A stretch of 64,000 bases of DNA from an uncultured delta proteobacterium (GTDB lineage Bacteria; Myxococcota; B64-G9), in NCBI GenBank assembly GCA_963754925.1, contig CAVWHX010000011.1, forward strand, positions 32,001 to 96,000, read 5' to 3'. Positions 29,797 through 39,682 of the stretch are shown here, one piece after another (the first letter of the stretch is position 1; every line of letters starts with the position of its first letter). The translations under genes and the position numbers were made by a program. Under the pieces are notes generated by a model. That model was not told the DNA's origin. It saw nothing but the letters and a program-made list of their open reading frames with translations, and made no database searches.

Positions 29797-30330
29797 GTGA
29801 ATATGTATATCGCTCTATTTCGAGGCATTAATGTCGGTGGAAAAAACATTTTGCCGATGAAAGATCTTGCCAGAATTTTTGAAGGTATGGGATTCGAAAA
29901 AGTCAAAACATACATACAGAGTGGTAATGCAGTGTTCTTGACCAAGAAAGACCAAACAAAAAAGATTGCATCAGAGATAAGCTCTAACATTCTGAAAAGT
30001 CATGGATTCAAACCGAGAGTATTGCTACTGGGAGTTTCAGAATTGAAAGATGCTATTGAAAAGAACCCTTTTAAGACAGCTAATGGAAAAGCTTTACATT
30101 TCTTTTTCCTGGAAGCCAACCCGATAAAGCCTGACTTGGATGCACTTATGAATGTAAAATCACCTTCCGAAGAATTTAAGCTCAGCAAAAAGATATTCTA
30201 TCTATACGCACCAGAGGGGATTGGTCGTTCCAAGTTGGCCGCCAAAGTCGAGCAAGCTCTTGGGGTTTCAGTAACGGCCAGAAACTGGAATACGGTTAGC
30301 AAACTTATTGCAATGAGTAACCAGGCATAA
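29797..30330 (+). CDS. DUF1697 family protein (cassette)
   Basis: YIALFRGINVGG, TYIQSGN, TARNWNT. Confidence 0.9.
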   Translation: MNMYIALFRGINVGGKNILPMKDLARIFEGMGFEKVKTYIQSGNAVFLTKKDQTKKIASEISSNILKSHGFKPRVLLLGVSELKDAIEKNPFKTANGKALHFFFLEANPIKPDLDALMNVKSPSEEFKLSKKIFYLYAPEGIGRSKLAAKVEQALGVSVTARNWNTVSKLIAMSNQA

Positions 30331-30382
30331 CGAAACAAATTCAGCCAAGGTAAAAAGCGCGCGGCTGATTTTATCGTTATGC
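30325..30382 (+). other. attC site
   Basis: GCATAAC-gaaacaaattcagcc...cggctgattttatc-GTTATGC. Confidence 0.88.
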
Positions 30383-30598
30383 TCATTTACTTATTAACTC
30401 AATCCTTGAAGAAACATTGAAACAAATTGAAAAAGAAGCTGGTAACTTCTGAACCCGAAAGGGATCGCGATATTAATTATTAACTATTTTTGAAGAAGTT
30501 AAGAAAGATAAAATGAATAATGAACAGTTAAGATGTGACCTCGTTCGGTTACTGATTCATCAGCGTTAATATTTTTACCAATAACAGGAGAATCTGGT

Positions 30599-31899
30599 AT
30601 GAGGATACTGTTTGTCTCGACCAATCGGTCCAGAGCTGCCATACTGCCGATGCCGCTGGGACTGGCGTCCATCATTGCCCAGATGGATGAATCGCGACAC
30701 GAGATCAATGTGCTTGACTTGATGTTTTGCGATCAGCCCGAAGCAGAATTAAATCGAACCTTGGCACGATTTAAGCCCAGATAATCGCCCTTTCGATCAG
30801 AAATCTAGATAATCAAAGCTGTCTCAATACAGAATACTATCTACCCCTGGATAAAAAATTCGTGGAAGTATGCAGGGAAAACTCCCAAGCCACCATTATC
30901 ATCGGCGGACCGGCGTTTACTGTCAGTCCGTTGGCGGTTTTTGAATATCTTGAGCCCGATTTCGGAGTTATCGGCGAAGGTGAAACCGTATTTCCGAAGC
31001 TGGTAGATCGAATAGGACAAGGCTCTGAATACACGGATCTACCGGGACTGGTATGGAGAGATGCAGGTGGAGTTCAATATAATCCGCGCGAATTCGTCAC
31101 CAACCTGGACGCGCTGAAGCCTCCACGCAGGGACTTGTTCGATAATCAGCAATACGCCAAAAAAAGGGGCATGGCCAATATCGTGGTAAAACAGGGCTGC
31201 ACCTTTGAGTGTCTCTATTGTGACGGCCCGCATGTTATGGGTAAACACTGGCGGATGAAATCTCCGCAGACAGTAGCGGAGGAGCTGGAATCGATCCAGA
31301 AGGACATTGGCGTTAAACTGGTGTATTTTACTGATGCCATTTTCAATCATCCGGTAGAACATGCCAAAGCCATCTGCCAGGCTATTATCGGTCGCGGTCT
31401 CAGTATTAACTGGGTGGCCACAGTACATCCTGCCTTTGTAGACAGATCACTCCTTGAATTGATGAAAAAAGCCGGCTGTGCGGCAGCCTCACCCAGTTGT
31501 GACGCTTGCTCTGAAAAGATGCTCCACGTACTGCGAAAGGGCTTCACCAAGGATGAATTAAAGTCCTGCCTGATACTGCTGGAAGAAATGGAAATAAGCT
31601 ACCTCCTCTCCCTGCTGTTCGGTGCCCCTGGGGAGAACAGGGAGACGGTGGAAGAGTCCATCCGATTCCTCGAAGAACGAAAACCCATGATGCTGGATTT
31701 CTGTGCGGGGATACGGTTAATGCCGCATACACCGCTGTTCGACATTGCGGTTAGCGAGGGCGTTATTTCGGCGGACGACCCGCTCATGGAGCCCAGGTTC
31801 TACATCAGCCCCGATATCGAAGACTGGATCGAGGAATACCTCACGGAGGTTCGTTCCACCCATGAAAAATGGAATGTGAGCTGGAAAAACAAGCCGTGA
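30599..31899 (+). CDS. B12-binding radical SAM protein (frameshift near 30778)
   Basis: PLGL N-terminus in ORF 30599; GEGE and CTFECLYC in ORF 30862. Confidence 0.85.
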
Positions 31900-32095
31900 T
31901 GGATGCGTTGCGGGATACGCTCTGCACCGACCCACCCACCCCTGTTGGTTTCATGGCTCCCGTTATCTCTCACTGCACTTCCATTGACATGATATACAGA
32001 AAAGCGAAAATAATTAGTTGAAAAAATATCCATGTATTGGAATAACTACTTAAAAAATGGGATGTTTGTCTAACTCAGATTCATAAGGAGGATCC

Positions 32096-32587
32096 ATGGG
32101 TACAAGCGATCATCGAACCTTGCTTCTGTGGATCGGTCTGTTCATGGCCGCACTCGCAGTGGGCAGTTGCTACCCCAAGCGCGTTGGTCCGATGGTGCCA
32201 TCCGGGGAGCGACTCACCTGGCCGGAGATGAGCCACGAGCAGAAGAAGGCGCACATGACCGAGGTGGTTCTGCCCCGCGCCGCTGCGGTGTTTCGCGCCT
32301 GGCGGCCGGATCGCTTCACTCAGGTTGATTGCACCCTGTGCCACGGCTCGGGGGCGATTGCCGGCACCTACCACATGCCCACCGACCACCTGCCGCGGCT
32401 CAGCGGAGAGGCGCTGCTCGGGCCGGAGTTCAAGAAATATCCGGAAACCACCCGGCTGAAGCTGGACCGCCTGGTGCCGGTGATGAGCGAAGCCCTGGGC
32501 CTGAAAAGTTTCAGCATCATAACCCACAGAGGGTTCGGCTGCTACTCCTGCCACCTCGGTCCCAACGGGCCGATGTTCGGACATTGA
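32096..32587 (+). CDS. Diheme c-type cytochrome lipoprotein
   Basis: Lipobox VGSC; CTLCH and CYSCH. Confidence 0.8.
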   Translation: MGTSDHRTLLLWIGLFMAALAVGSCYPKRVGPMVPSGERLTWPEMSHEQKKAHMTEVVLPRAAAVFRAWRPDRFTQVDCTLCHGSGAIAGTYHMPTDHLPRLSGEALLGPEFKKYPETTRLKLDRLVPVMSEALGLKSFSIITHRGFGCYSCHLGPNGPMFGH

Positions 32588-32598
32588 ATGCACAACGT

Positions 32599-34329
32599 TC
32601 AATCGCTGCGGCGTAAATCGATCAAGCGCAATTGAATGGTGGTTTGACCGTTGAAGTCGTTGCGTTCGGGGGTATAGGCCACATCGACGTATCCGCGAAA
32701 TTCCTCGAGACGCTCACCAATTCGAAACCCAATCACATCACAGGGCTTACCCTGGTCGAGCACTACCCCGCGCACATGAAACGGCGGCTTGTTGCCCACC
32801 AACCGTGCCGATTTTACTTCAAGGTTGCGACCGACAAAAATGGGCTCGGGATTGCCGATGCCATGGGGCGCCAGCAGGTTAAGTTGAGAAATCAGATCGT
32901 AGGTCCATACCGATGGCTGGATCTCCGCATCGATCCAGAGTTTTCGCGTCGCTCCTTTGCTGCGCCGCTTGTCTAAAATCTGTAAAAAGGCCCGTCGAAA
33001 ATCATCGAGCATTCCCCGATTAATAGTCAGGCCGGCGGCCGCGCTGTGCCCGCCAAAGGCGAGCAACGTGTCGGCGCAGGCCTGGAGACATTCATACAGA
33101 TGAATATCCTCGGTGCCGCGCGCCGAACCGCGGCATTCTTCGCCCGTGAGCGCAATCAACGCCACCGGACAGCCAAAGCGTTCAACCAGGCGAGATGCCA
33201 CGATACCCACCACCCCGACATGCCAATCCTCGGAGGCCAGAACCAACCCCGACACATCGCCCCGGGCGAGCTGCTCCTCCGCCTGGCGCATGGCGTCGTC
33301 TAATATCTCTTGCTCAATGGTCTGGCGTTCGGCGTTGGCTTGATCGAGTTCACGGGCAAGGGTAAGCGCCTGTTGATATGATTGGGTGGTAAGCAGTTCC
33401 ACCGCCTTGCTCGCTTGGTCAAGCCGTCCGATCGCGTTGATTCGCGGCGCCAGCCGAAATGCCACTTGGCCGACGGTCGTCTCCGCGCCGGACACCCCGG
33501 CAACTTCCTTGAGCGCGGCTATTCCGGGCCGCCGTCCGGCAGCCAACTCTCGCAATCCAAAATAGGTGAGAATACGGTTAGTCCCGACCAACGGCACCAT
33601 ATCGGCGACCGTGCCGAGGCTTACCAGATCGAGATATTCCCTCAAATTGGGTTCCGGTCGACTTTGAAAAAAGCCGCCTGAACGCAGCGACGCCCGCAAC
33701 GCCATCACCAATTCAAACACCACCCCGACCGCGGCCAGGTCTTTATCCGGGAAAGGACAGTCGTTTTGGTGCGGGTTGAGGATGGCAAGGGCATCGGGCA
33801 GCACCTCCGGAATTTGATGGTGATCGATGACGATGACGTCCAACCCGACCGATCGAGCTGCCCGAATCTCCGCAACGTCAGAAATCCCACAGTCGACGGT
33901 TATCAGCAAGGTAACACCGCGGCCGACGATTCCCGTGACCACCGCCTGGCTGAGACCATAGCCTTCTTTTTCGCGCGAAGGAATGTAGTACTCAACCGGC
34001 AGCCCAACCTGCCGCAACCATAACAACAACACCGCGGTCGAGGTCACGCCGTCTACGTCATAATCGCCAAAGATACATACCTTTTCGTCGGCTTTGATGG
34101 CCTGTTCCAAGCGAGCAACCGCGGCCGGCAACCCCAGCAGGGAATAGGGCTCCGGCAGATCGGTAAGCGCAGGGTGCAGAAACCGTACGGCGTCCGCCCG
34201 GTCGTCTATGCCGCGGGCATGAAGCACCTGGGCGACGACCGGTGGAACGTCGAGATCGGCGGCCACCTGCGCCGTGCGCTCCCGATCGACCGGCCGCACA
34301 TCCCAGGTCCAACGCGGTTTACCGATCAT
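32599..34329 (-). CDS. recJ: ssDNA exonuclease RecJ
   Basis: DYDVDG, DHH, GTVAD, PRINA, GGH. Confidence 0.96.
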   Translation of the reverse strand: MIGKPRWTWDVRPVDRERTAQVAADLDVPPVVAQVLHARGIDDRADAVRFLHPALTDLPEPYSLLGLPAAVARLEQAIKADEKVCIFGDYDVDGVTSTAVLLLWLRQVGLPVEYYIPSREKEGYGLSQAVVTGIVGRGVTLLITVDCGISDVAEIRAARSVGLDVIVIDHHQIPEVLPDALAILNPHQNDCPFPDKDLAAVGVVFELVMALRASLRSGGFFQSRPEPNLREYLDLVSLGTVADMVPLVGTNRILTYFGLRELAAGRRPGIAALKEVAGVSGAETTVGQVAFRLAPRINAIGRLDQASKAVELLTTQSYQQALTLARELDQANAERQTIEQEILDDAMRQAEEQLARGDVSGLVLASEDWHVGVVGIVASRLVERFGCPVALIALTGEECRGSARGTEDIHLYECLQACADTLLAFGGHSAAAGLTINRGMLDDFRRAFLQILDKRRSKGATRKLWIDAEIQPSVWTYDLISQLNLLAPHGIGNPEPIFVGRNLEVKSARLVGNKPPFHVRGVVLDQGKPCDVIGFRIGERLEEFRGYVDVAYTPERNDFNGQTTIQLRLIDLRRSD

Positions 34330-35504
34330 GCCGGTTTGATCTTCTTCATCCAGGTGTCAAACACTTGCGTGAGGGCGGATGCAACGTAAATACTCGAATA
34401 GGTGCCAAAAACAATACCGATGCCCATGACGATTGCGAATTCGCGGATCTCGCCGAAGCCCATAAACAGCAGACCCATCAGCGACAGGAAGGTGACCAGC
34501 GAGGTGTTGATGGTGCGCGAGAGCGTCTCGTTGAGGGCGATATTCATCTGCTTATCGAGCGGCTGCGTCTTGAAGCGCGCGATGTTCTCGCGGATGCGGT
34601 CGTAGATCACAATGGTGTCGTTGATCGAGTAGCCGACGATGGTCAGAATGGCCGCTACGAACGTCAGGTTAAACTCAATCCTGAACAGGGCGGCGATCCC
34701 CGTGGTGATAATCACGTCATGAAACAGCGCGATCACGGCGCCCGGGGAAAAGAGCACGTTGAACCGGAAGCCGACGTAGACCAATATGCCGAGCAACGCG
34801 TAGACCAACGATAGGATTCCGTCGTTACGCAGCTTCTTACCCACCTGCGGACCGACAAACTCCACCTTCCGAACGCTCGGTTCCTCTTGGGCAAACTTCT
34901 TCTTGAGCTCATTCTCAATCTGGGTGGCCACTCCGGTCATCAGCACGTTGTAGCGCTGTTCGTTTTCCTTGCCTTCCTTGCGCACCTTAATATTGGTCAG
35001 CTCGGGTTTATTGAGTTTTTGAGCTAGCTCCGTCAGCGTATTTTGGATCTCGCCTTCATCGGTCGGCTTTGCGAAGGTCAATTCGAATTGATCGCCCGCA
35101 TCGGGATCAAACCGTATAAAGGTAAGGCGTTGTCCAAATTTCTCTTTGAGGCTCGTTTCCAGTGCAACCTTGTCGCTGTCGCTGAGGATGGCGATGCGCT
35201 CAACGCGGATCATGTATTCGACCTGGCCCTCTTTGCCGGCAAAAAAGGCGTGCTGGATGACGCTCTTTTCATAGCCGAGCTGCTCGACCGCCTTACGCAC
35301 CTGCTCGATGGGAACTTCCTTCTTAAACTCAAGTTCGATCACCGTGCCGCCGGCAAAGTCGACCCCCCAATTGAGAGTGCCGCTCAGTTGCCGCCAGACC
35401 ACAACAACGATCGAGAGCGTTACCAAACAGGCGGAGATGGTCATCCAGAGATTCCGTTTGCCCATAAAATCGATCTTCAATGAACCTGGCGTAAAGAATT
35501 CCAT
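34326..35504 (-). CDS. secF: Protein translocase subunit SecF
   Basis: GVDFAGG, GYSINDTIVIYDRIRE. Confidence 0.96.
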   Translation of the reverse strand: MEFFTPGSLKIDFMGKRNLWMTISACLVTLSIVVVVWRQLSGTLNWGVDFAGGTVIELEFKKEVPIEQVRKAVEQLGYEKSVIQHAFFAGKEGQVEYMIRVERIAILSDSDKVALETSLKEKFGQRLTFIRFDPDAGDQFELTFAKPTDEGEIQNTLTELAQKLNKPELTNIKVRKEGKENEQRYNVLMTGVATQIENELKKKFAQEEPSVRKVEFVGPQVGKKLRNDGILSLVYALLGILVYVGFRFNVLFSPGAVIALFHDVIITTGIAALFRIEFNLTFVAAILTIVGYSINDTIVIYDRIRENIARFKTQPLDKQMNIALNETLSRTINTSLVTFLSLMGLLFMGFGEIREFAIVMGIGIVFGTYSSIYVASALTQVFDTWMKKIKPA

Positions 35505-35534
35505 ATAGTTCCTCCGGCCAATTCTCCGGCTGCG

Positions 35535-37619
35535 TTAGACGCTGAGTTTTTCCGCTTTGCGATGGATGGTGATCCAATCCATGACCACGCGGGTGACAAA
35601 AATGGCGGTGAACATCGAGGCGATCAGGCCGATAATCAAGGTGACCGCAAAGCCCTGGACCGGACCCGAGCCATACGACCAGAGAACTACCCCGGATATG
35701 AGCGTCGTGAAATTGGAATCGAAGATGGTCCAAAATGCCCGCGCATACCCGGTATCGACCGCGGCGCGCGGCGTCTTGCCCAGCCGCAGCTCTTCGCGAA
35801 TACGCTCGTTGATGATAACGTTGGCGTCGACCGCCATACCCAGCGTCAGCACTATGCCGGCCATTCCAGGCAACGTCAGGGTGGCCTGCAGGGCGGCCAT
35901 GACGGCGAGAATGAACAAGGCGTTCAGCAACAAGGCGCAGTCGGCTATCAAACCCGAGATGCCGTAATAGACCGCCATAAATAATATCGTCAGGGCAAAT
36001 CCAATCGCCAACGCCCAGGTGCCTTGCCTGAGCGCATCCTCGCCCATGGTCGGGCCGACCGTCCGCTCTTCCAGGATTTGAATCGGCGCGGGCAACGCTC
36101 CGGCGCGCAGCACTACCGCCAGATCGTTGGCCTCGTTGAGGGTCTCGTTTTGGTTGCGCCCGGCGCCCAAGGTGATGCGCGCCCGGCCGCCGCCGATACG
36201 TGTTTGAATCACAGGCGCCGAGTTAACCTCGCCTTCGAGAACGATCGCCATGCGCTCCCCGACATGCTCGCCGGTAAGTTTCTCAAACTTAAGGCCACCG
36301 ATCCGGTCGAAGGTCAGCGACACCTCCGGCGCCCCGGTCTCGGGATCCGGCTGTACCCGGGCATCCGTAATGTAGTCGCCGGTCAATGACGCCGCGGAAT
36401 TCAGATAGTACGTCCGATAGGTCGTTTCGAGTTGCGATTCTTTACGACCGTAAGCGATCTCATGGCCCGCGGGAACTTTCCCTTTGAGCAACTCAAGAAA
36501 TTCGGCGTACGCGGTTTTTGGCTTCTCTGTTGCACCCGACGGCGGAGAAGTGATTTCCTTGCTCGTCGGCTTATTCTCTTCAACGCGGCCGCTGCTTGGC
36601 CCGGGCGCCGGCTCTGGTTGAAGGACCTCTTCCCCGGCTGCCTTCTCTTCAGGGGTGCCAAGGACCTGCAGCGCCAATTTTTGTATCTGTATATGTTCAG
36701 ATGACGTGATCCCATTTTTCGCTAACTCAAGGATCTCGGAGATGGTTTTTGGATCAACCTTTTTATCCTTCAAGAATGCTTCCATTTCGGAAACATTGTT
36801 GAAAAAGTCCATCAGGCGATCCTTTCCCTCGACGCCGGTGCCTTTAGCGTAAAGGAAATATTCAGTTACCGCCTCGCCGCCGGGTCCGCGCGAGACGGTG
36901 CTATCCATATGGATTCCTTCCGGCAGCTTATTTCTCAACTTCTGAATGAAATCGCTTTTGTCATCCACTATCTTGAATTCGAGCTGCGCGGTGCGACCGA
37001 GGAGTTTTTTCGCTCGCTCCGGATCAAAATTGCCCTCACCCGCCTTATAGGGAATCTGAACCAGGATCCCGTTTTCGCCGGCCGGGGCGATGGTCGGCTC
37101 GGACACGCCGAATTCGTCGATGCGGTTACGTATGGTCATACGAGCCTGGTCACGAGCATTCTTACGCAGATCATTGACGTAGGCGGGATCAAAGGTCACG
37201 CGAACAATGCCGCGACTTTCGTCGGTGCCCTCGGTGACCTTCAGTTTATAATTTTCCAAAACGCGCTTGCGAAGTTTTGTAATGTCGCTGCTGCTCTCCA
37301 ATTCAAATTGGATATCGTAGGTGCCCGGGATGTGCGTGATGCTCTTATACGGAATGAGGTTTTCCTTCAAAGCATCTCGGAAATCGTTGACATACTGATC
37401 GGCTTTGTCCTCTAAGGCCTTCTCAACTTCCACTCCCAGCACGAGATGTATGCCACCCTGAAGATCGAGACCAAGGTTGATGCGCTTGTTGAAAAACCCG
37501 GTATACCATTCCGGGAGTTTTTCCGGTATGAACGTTGGCAGAAGGTACCCAACCGATCCCAGCGTGAGTACAACCACGAGAGCAACCTTCCAATACCAGG
37601 CTTTCTCCATCGCATTCAT
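35535..37619 (-). CDS. secD: Protein translocase subunit SecD
   Basis: LGLDLQGG, GMAVDANV, ERIREE. Confidence 0.96.
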   Translation of the reverse strand: MNAMEKAWYWKVALVVVLTLGSVGYLLPTFIPEKLPEWYTGFFNKRINLGLDLQGGIHLVLGVEVEKALEDKADQYVNDFRDALKENLIPYKSITHIPGTYDIQFELESSSDITKLRKRVLENYKLKVTEGTDESRGIVRVTFDPAYVNDLRKNARDQARMTIRNRIDEFGVSEPTIAPAGENGILVQIPYKAGEGNFDPERAKKLLGRTAQLEFKIVDDKSDFIQKLRNKLPEGIHMDSTVSRGPGGEAVTEYFLYAKGTGVEGKDRLMDFFNNVSEMEAFLKDKKVDPKTISEILELAKNGITSSEHIQIQKLALQVLGTPEEKAAGEEVLQPEPAPGPSSGRVEENKPTSKEITSPPSGATEKPKTAYAEFLELLKGKVPAGHEIAYGRKESQLETTYRTYYLNSAASLTGDYITDARVQPDPETGAPEVSLTFDRIGGLKFEKLTGEHVGERMAIVLEGEVNSAPVIQTRIGGGRARITLGAGRNQNETLNEANDLAVVLRAGALPAPIQILEERTVGPTMGEDALRQGTWALAIGFALTILFMAVYYGISGLIADCALLLNALFILAVMAALQATLTLPGMAGIVLTLGMAVDANVIINERIREELRLGKTPRAAVDTGYARAFWTIFDSNFTTLISGVVLWSYGSGPVQGFAVTLIIGLIASMFTAIFVTRVVMDWITIHRKAEKLSV

Positions 37620-37624
37620 CTCCT

Positions 37625-37697
37625 TAGAGACTGTTAGCGCGCGAGCGTAAGCGAGCGAGGCTTACCGTCTCTTATCCTCGGGGCAATCTCTTATCCC
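37625..37697 (-). repeat. Two-hairpin repeat family, copy C plus the left arm of an outer copy
   Basis: rc: ggataagagattg|ccccgaGGATAAGAGACGGT...AACAGTCTCTA. Confidence 0.8.
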
Positions 37698-37707
37698 TTG
37701 AGTCAGC

Positions 37708-38079
37708 TTATTTTGTATCTGCGGCTCCCATGTCCTCTGTCTTCTCGGTGGGAGCGGGTCCGGCGATTTGACTGCGCACCAACCGGATGTGAACGCTCTT
37801 TGCAATTTCCAACGTCACCACGGTATCGGTCAAGTTGGTAATCGTTCCGAAGATGCCCGACGCGGTCAACACCCGATCGCCCTTCTTTAGGGCAGCCAGC
37901 ATTTCCCGTTGCTTTTTTTGTTGCTTTTGCTGGGGTCGGATGATCAAAAAGAAAATAATCACAAAGATGACTAAGATGAAAAACCCCATGTTGAGCATCT
38001 GTTGCCATCCGCCGGATTGCCCGGTACCCGCTCCGCCCTCGGCTTGTTGCGCTACCAGCGCCAATATAAGCTTTTCCAC
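37708..38079 (-). CDS. yajC: Preprotein translocase subunit YajC
   Basis: IRPQQK, KGDRVLTASGIFG; between tgt and secD. Confidence 0.95.
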   Translation of the reverse strand: MEKLILALVAQQAEGGAGTGQSGGWQQMLNMGFFILVIFVIIFFLIIRPQQKQQKKQREMLAALKKGDRVLTASGIFGTITNLTDTVVTLEIAKSVHIRLVRSQIAGPAPTEKTEDMGAADTK

Positions 38080-38252
38080 TTATAACTCCTCTTATGTATT
38101 GTTGAAAATTACATCAACCTAATAATTAACGTACCAGAACAAGTAACCCCCTTTAGCAGAAGCTACTAGGTAGATCAAATGTTTTTTTCCTCACACTATA
38201 ATAGGTCACTTCGGAACGTACCTGTTACCTTGCCAATTGTTCTATAGTCGTT

Positions 38253-38289
38253 CCCTTCTCCCGCGAGCGGGAGAAGGTTGGGATGAGGG
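38253..38289. repeat. REP-like palindrome CCCTTCTCCCGCGAGCGGGAGAAGG-TTGGGATGAGGG
   Basis: Perfect hairpin with the typical trailing GGATGAGGG, intergenic. Confidence 0.75.
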
Positions 38290-38319
38290 CGGGAGAGGTA
38301 TTTTCCTGAGTAGAAACGT

Positions 38320-39447
38320 TTATCGCTTATCCGATACTTCAAGTTGTCTTATCGTGCCTTCAGCCCATGCCGAATAATTTCCGTTCTCGATGGCGTTTTG
38401 TATCCGCCGCATGAGCTCGGCATAGAAAAATAAGTTATGTAACGTATTCAAGCGAAACCCTAACATCTCATTTGCCATGAACAAATGACGTAGGTACGAT
38501 CGACTAAAACGCCGGCAGGCGGGACAGTCGCAATCCGGATCGACAGGCTCGCGCTCGCGGGCGTGCTTCTGGTTTCGAATCTGCAGCGGGCCGTGCCAGG
38601 TGAACAGTTGACCGTTTCTAGCGTTGCGGGTGGGGATAACGCAGTCAAATAGGTCCACTCCCGCCTGCACGGCGCGGATAATGTCCGCAGGCTTTCCCAT
38701 GCCCATGAGGTAGCGCGGTCGATCCTGCGGCATGCGCGGCGCGAGCGTGGCTATCATGTCGGCCGTAGCCGCGGGGTCCTCGCCCACCGATAAACCACCG
38801 ATGGCCAACCCCTCGAAGGGCAATGCAGCAATCTCCTCCAGATGGCGCAGGCGCACGTTGGCATCCAACCCACCCTGAACAATGCCGAATAATGCCCCGG
38901 CCTGTGGACTGCGCGCGTCGAGGCAGCGCTTGGCCCAACGAGTGGTGCGTCGCAGAGAATCTTCCAGGTACGAGCGGCTGACATCGTGGGCTGGGCATTC
39001 GTCAAGTACCATCATGATATCGGACCCCAGCGCCTCTTGAATGGCGATGGCGCGTTCGGGGCTTAGGTGTTGGAGGCTGCCGTCGAGGTGGCTGCGAAAT
39101 TCCACTCCCTGCTCGGATATCGTGCGCAATTCCGCCAGACTGAACACTTGATAACCGCCGCTGTCGGTGAGGATGGATCCGTCCCACGCCATGAAGCGAT
39201 GCAGCCCGCCCTGCTCGGCGATTATCTCTGGTCCCGGTCGAAGCATGAGGTGATAGGTGTTCCCGAGAATAAGGCCAAACCCCAGCGCTTTGAGCTCTTC
39301 CGGATCGCAGGCTTTAACCGACCCGGCCGATCCAACCGGCATGAATACCGGTGTCGGTATCGCACCCCGGCGGGTGGTGAGCAGACCCGACCGCGCGTTG
39401 CCAATCGGGTCCTTCTTCGTGACTTCAAAATGTAAGCGTGTGTCCAT
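38320..39447 (-). CDS. tgt: tRNA-guanine transglycosylase
   Basis: TPVFMPVG, TDSGGYQ, DCVIPTR, CDCPAC. Confidence 0.96.
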   Translation of the reverse strand: MDTRLHFEVTKKDPIGNARSGLLTTRRGAIPTPVFMPVGSAGSVKACDPEELKALGFGLILGNTYHLMLRPGPEIIAEQGGLHRFMAWDGSILTDSGGYQVFSLAELRTISEQGVEFRSHLDGSLQHLSPERAIAIQEALGSDIMMVLDECPAHDVSRSYLEDSLRRTTRWAKRCLDARSPQAGALFGIVQGGLDANVRLRHLEEIAALPFEGLAIGGLSVGEDPAATADMIATLAPRMPQDRPRYLMGMGKPADIIRAVQAGVDLFDCVIPTRNARNGQLFTWHGPLQIRNQKHAREREPVDPDCDCPACRRFSRSYLRHLFMANEMLGFRLNTLHNLFFYAELMRRIQNAIENGNYSAWAEGTIRQLEVSDKR

Positions 39448-39497
39448 GCTGGATGACCTTCTCACCTGAGCGCGCCGGGTCCTGCCGCCTTGCATCT

Positions 39498-39630
39498 TAG
39501 AGATTGTTGCCGAGCTGAGCGAGGCTTACAATCTCTTATCCATCGAGCGAAGCGAGATGCGGCCCCGTTCGGCGGGCCCTTAAAAGGATAAGAGACTGTA
39601 ACCCTCACTTTCGTGAGGTAACAGTCTCTA
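39498..39630. repeat. Two-hairpin repeat family, inverted pair D (39498-39541, minus) and E (39586-39630, plus)
   Basis: Arms GAGATTGT/ACAATCTC and GAGACTGT/ACAGTCTC. Confidence 0.85.
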
Positions 39631-39682
39631 AGGGCCCCCTGCTCGGCGTCACCCAACGCGCAATGGATTCCCAAGAACACAT

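Larger units (their letters stand above)
27775..30382 (+). mobile_element. Integron gene-cassette array 1 (3 cassettes, no integrase in window)
   Basis: Three attC sites, each directly after a co-oriented ORF; left cores GTTGGGC, GTTGCAC, GTTATGC pair with inverse cores GCCTAAC, GTACAAC, GCATAAC. Confidence 0.88.
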
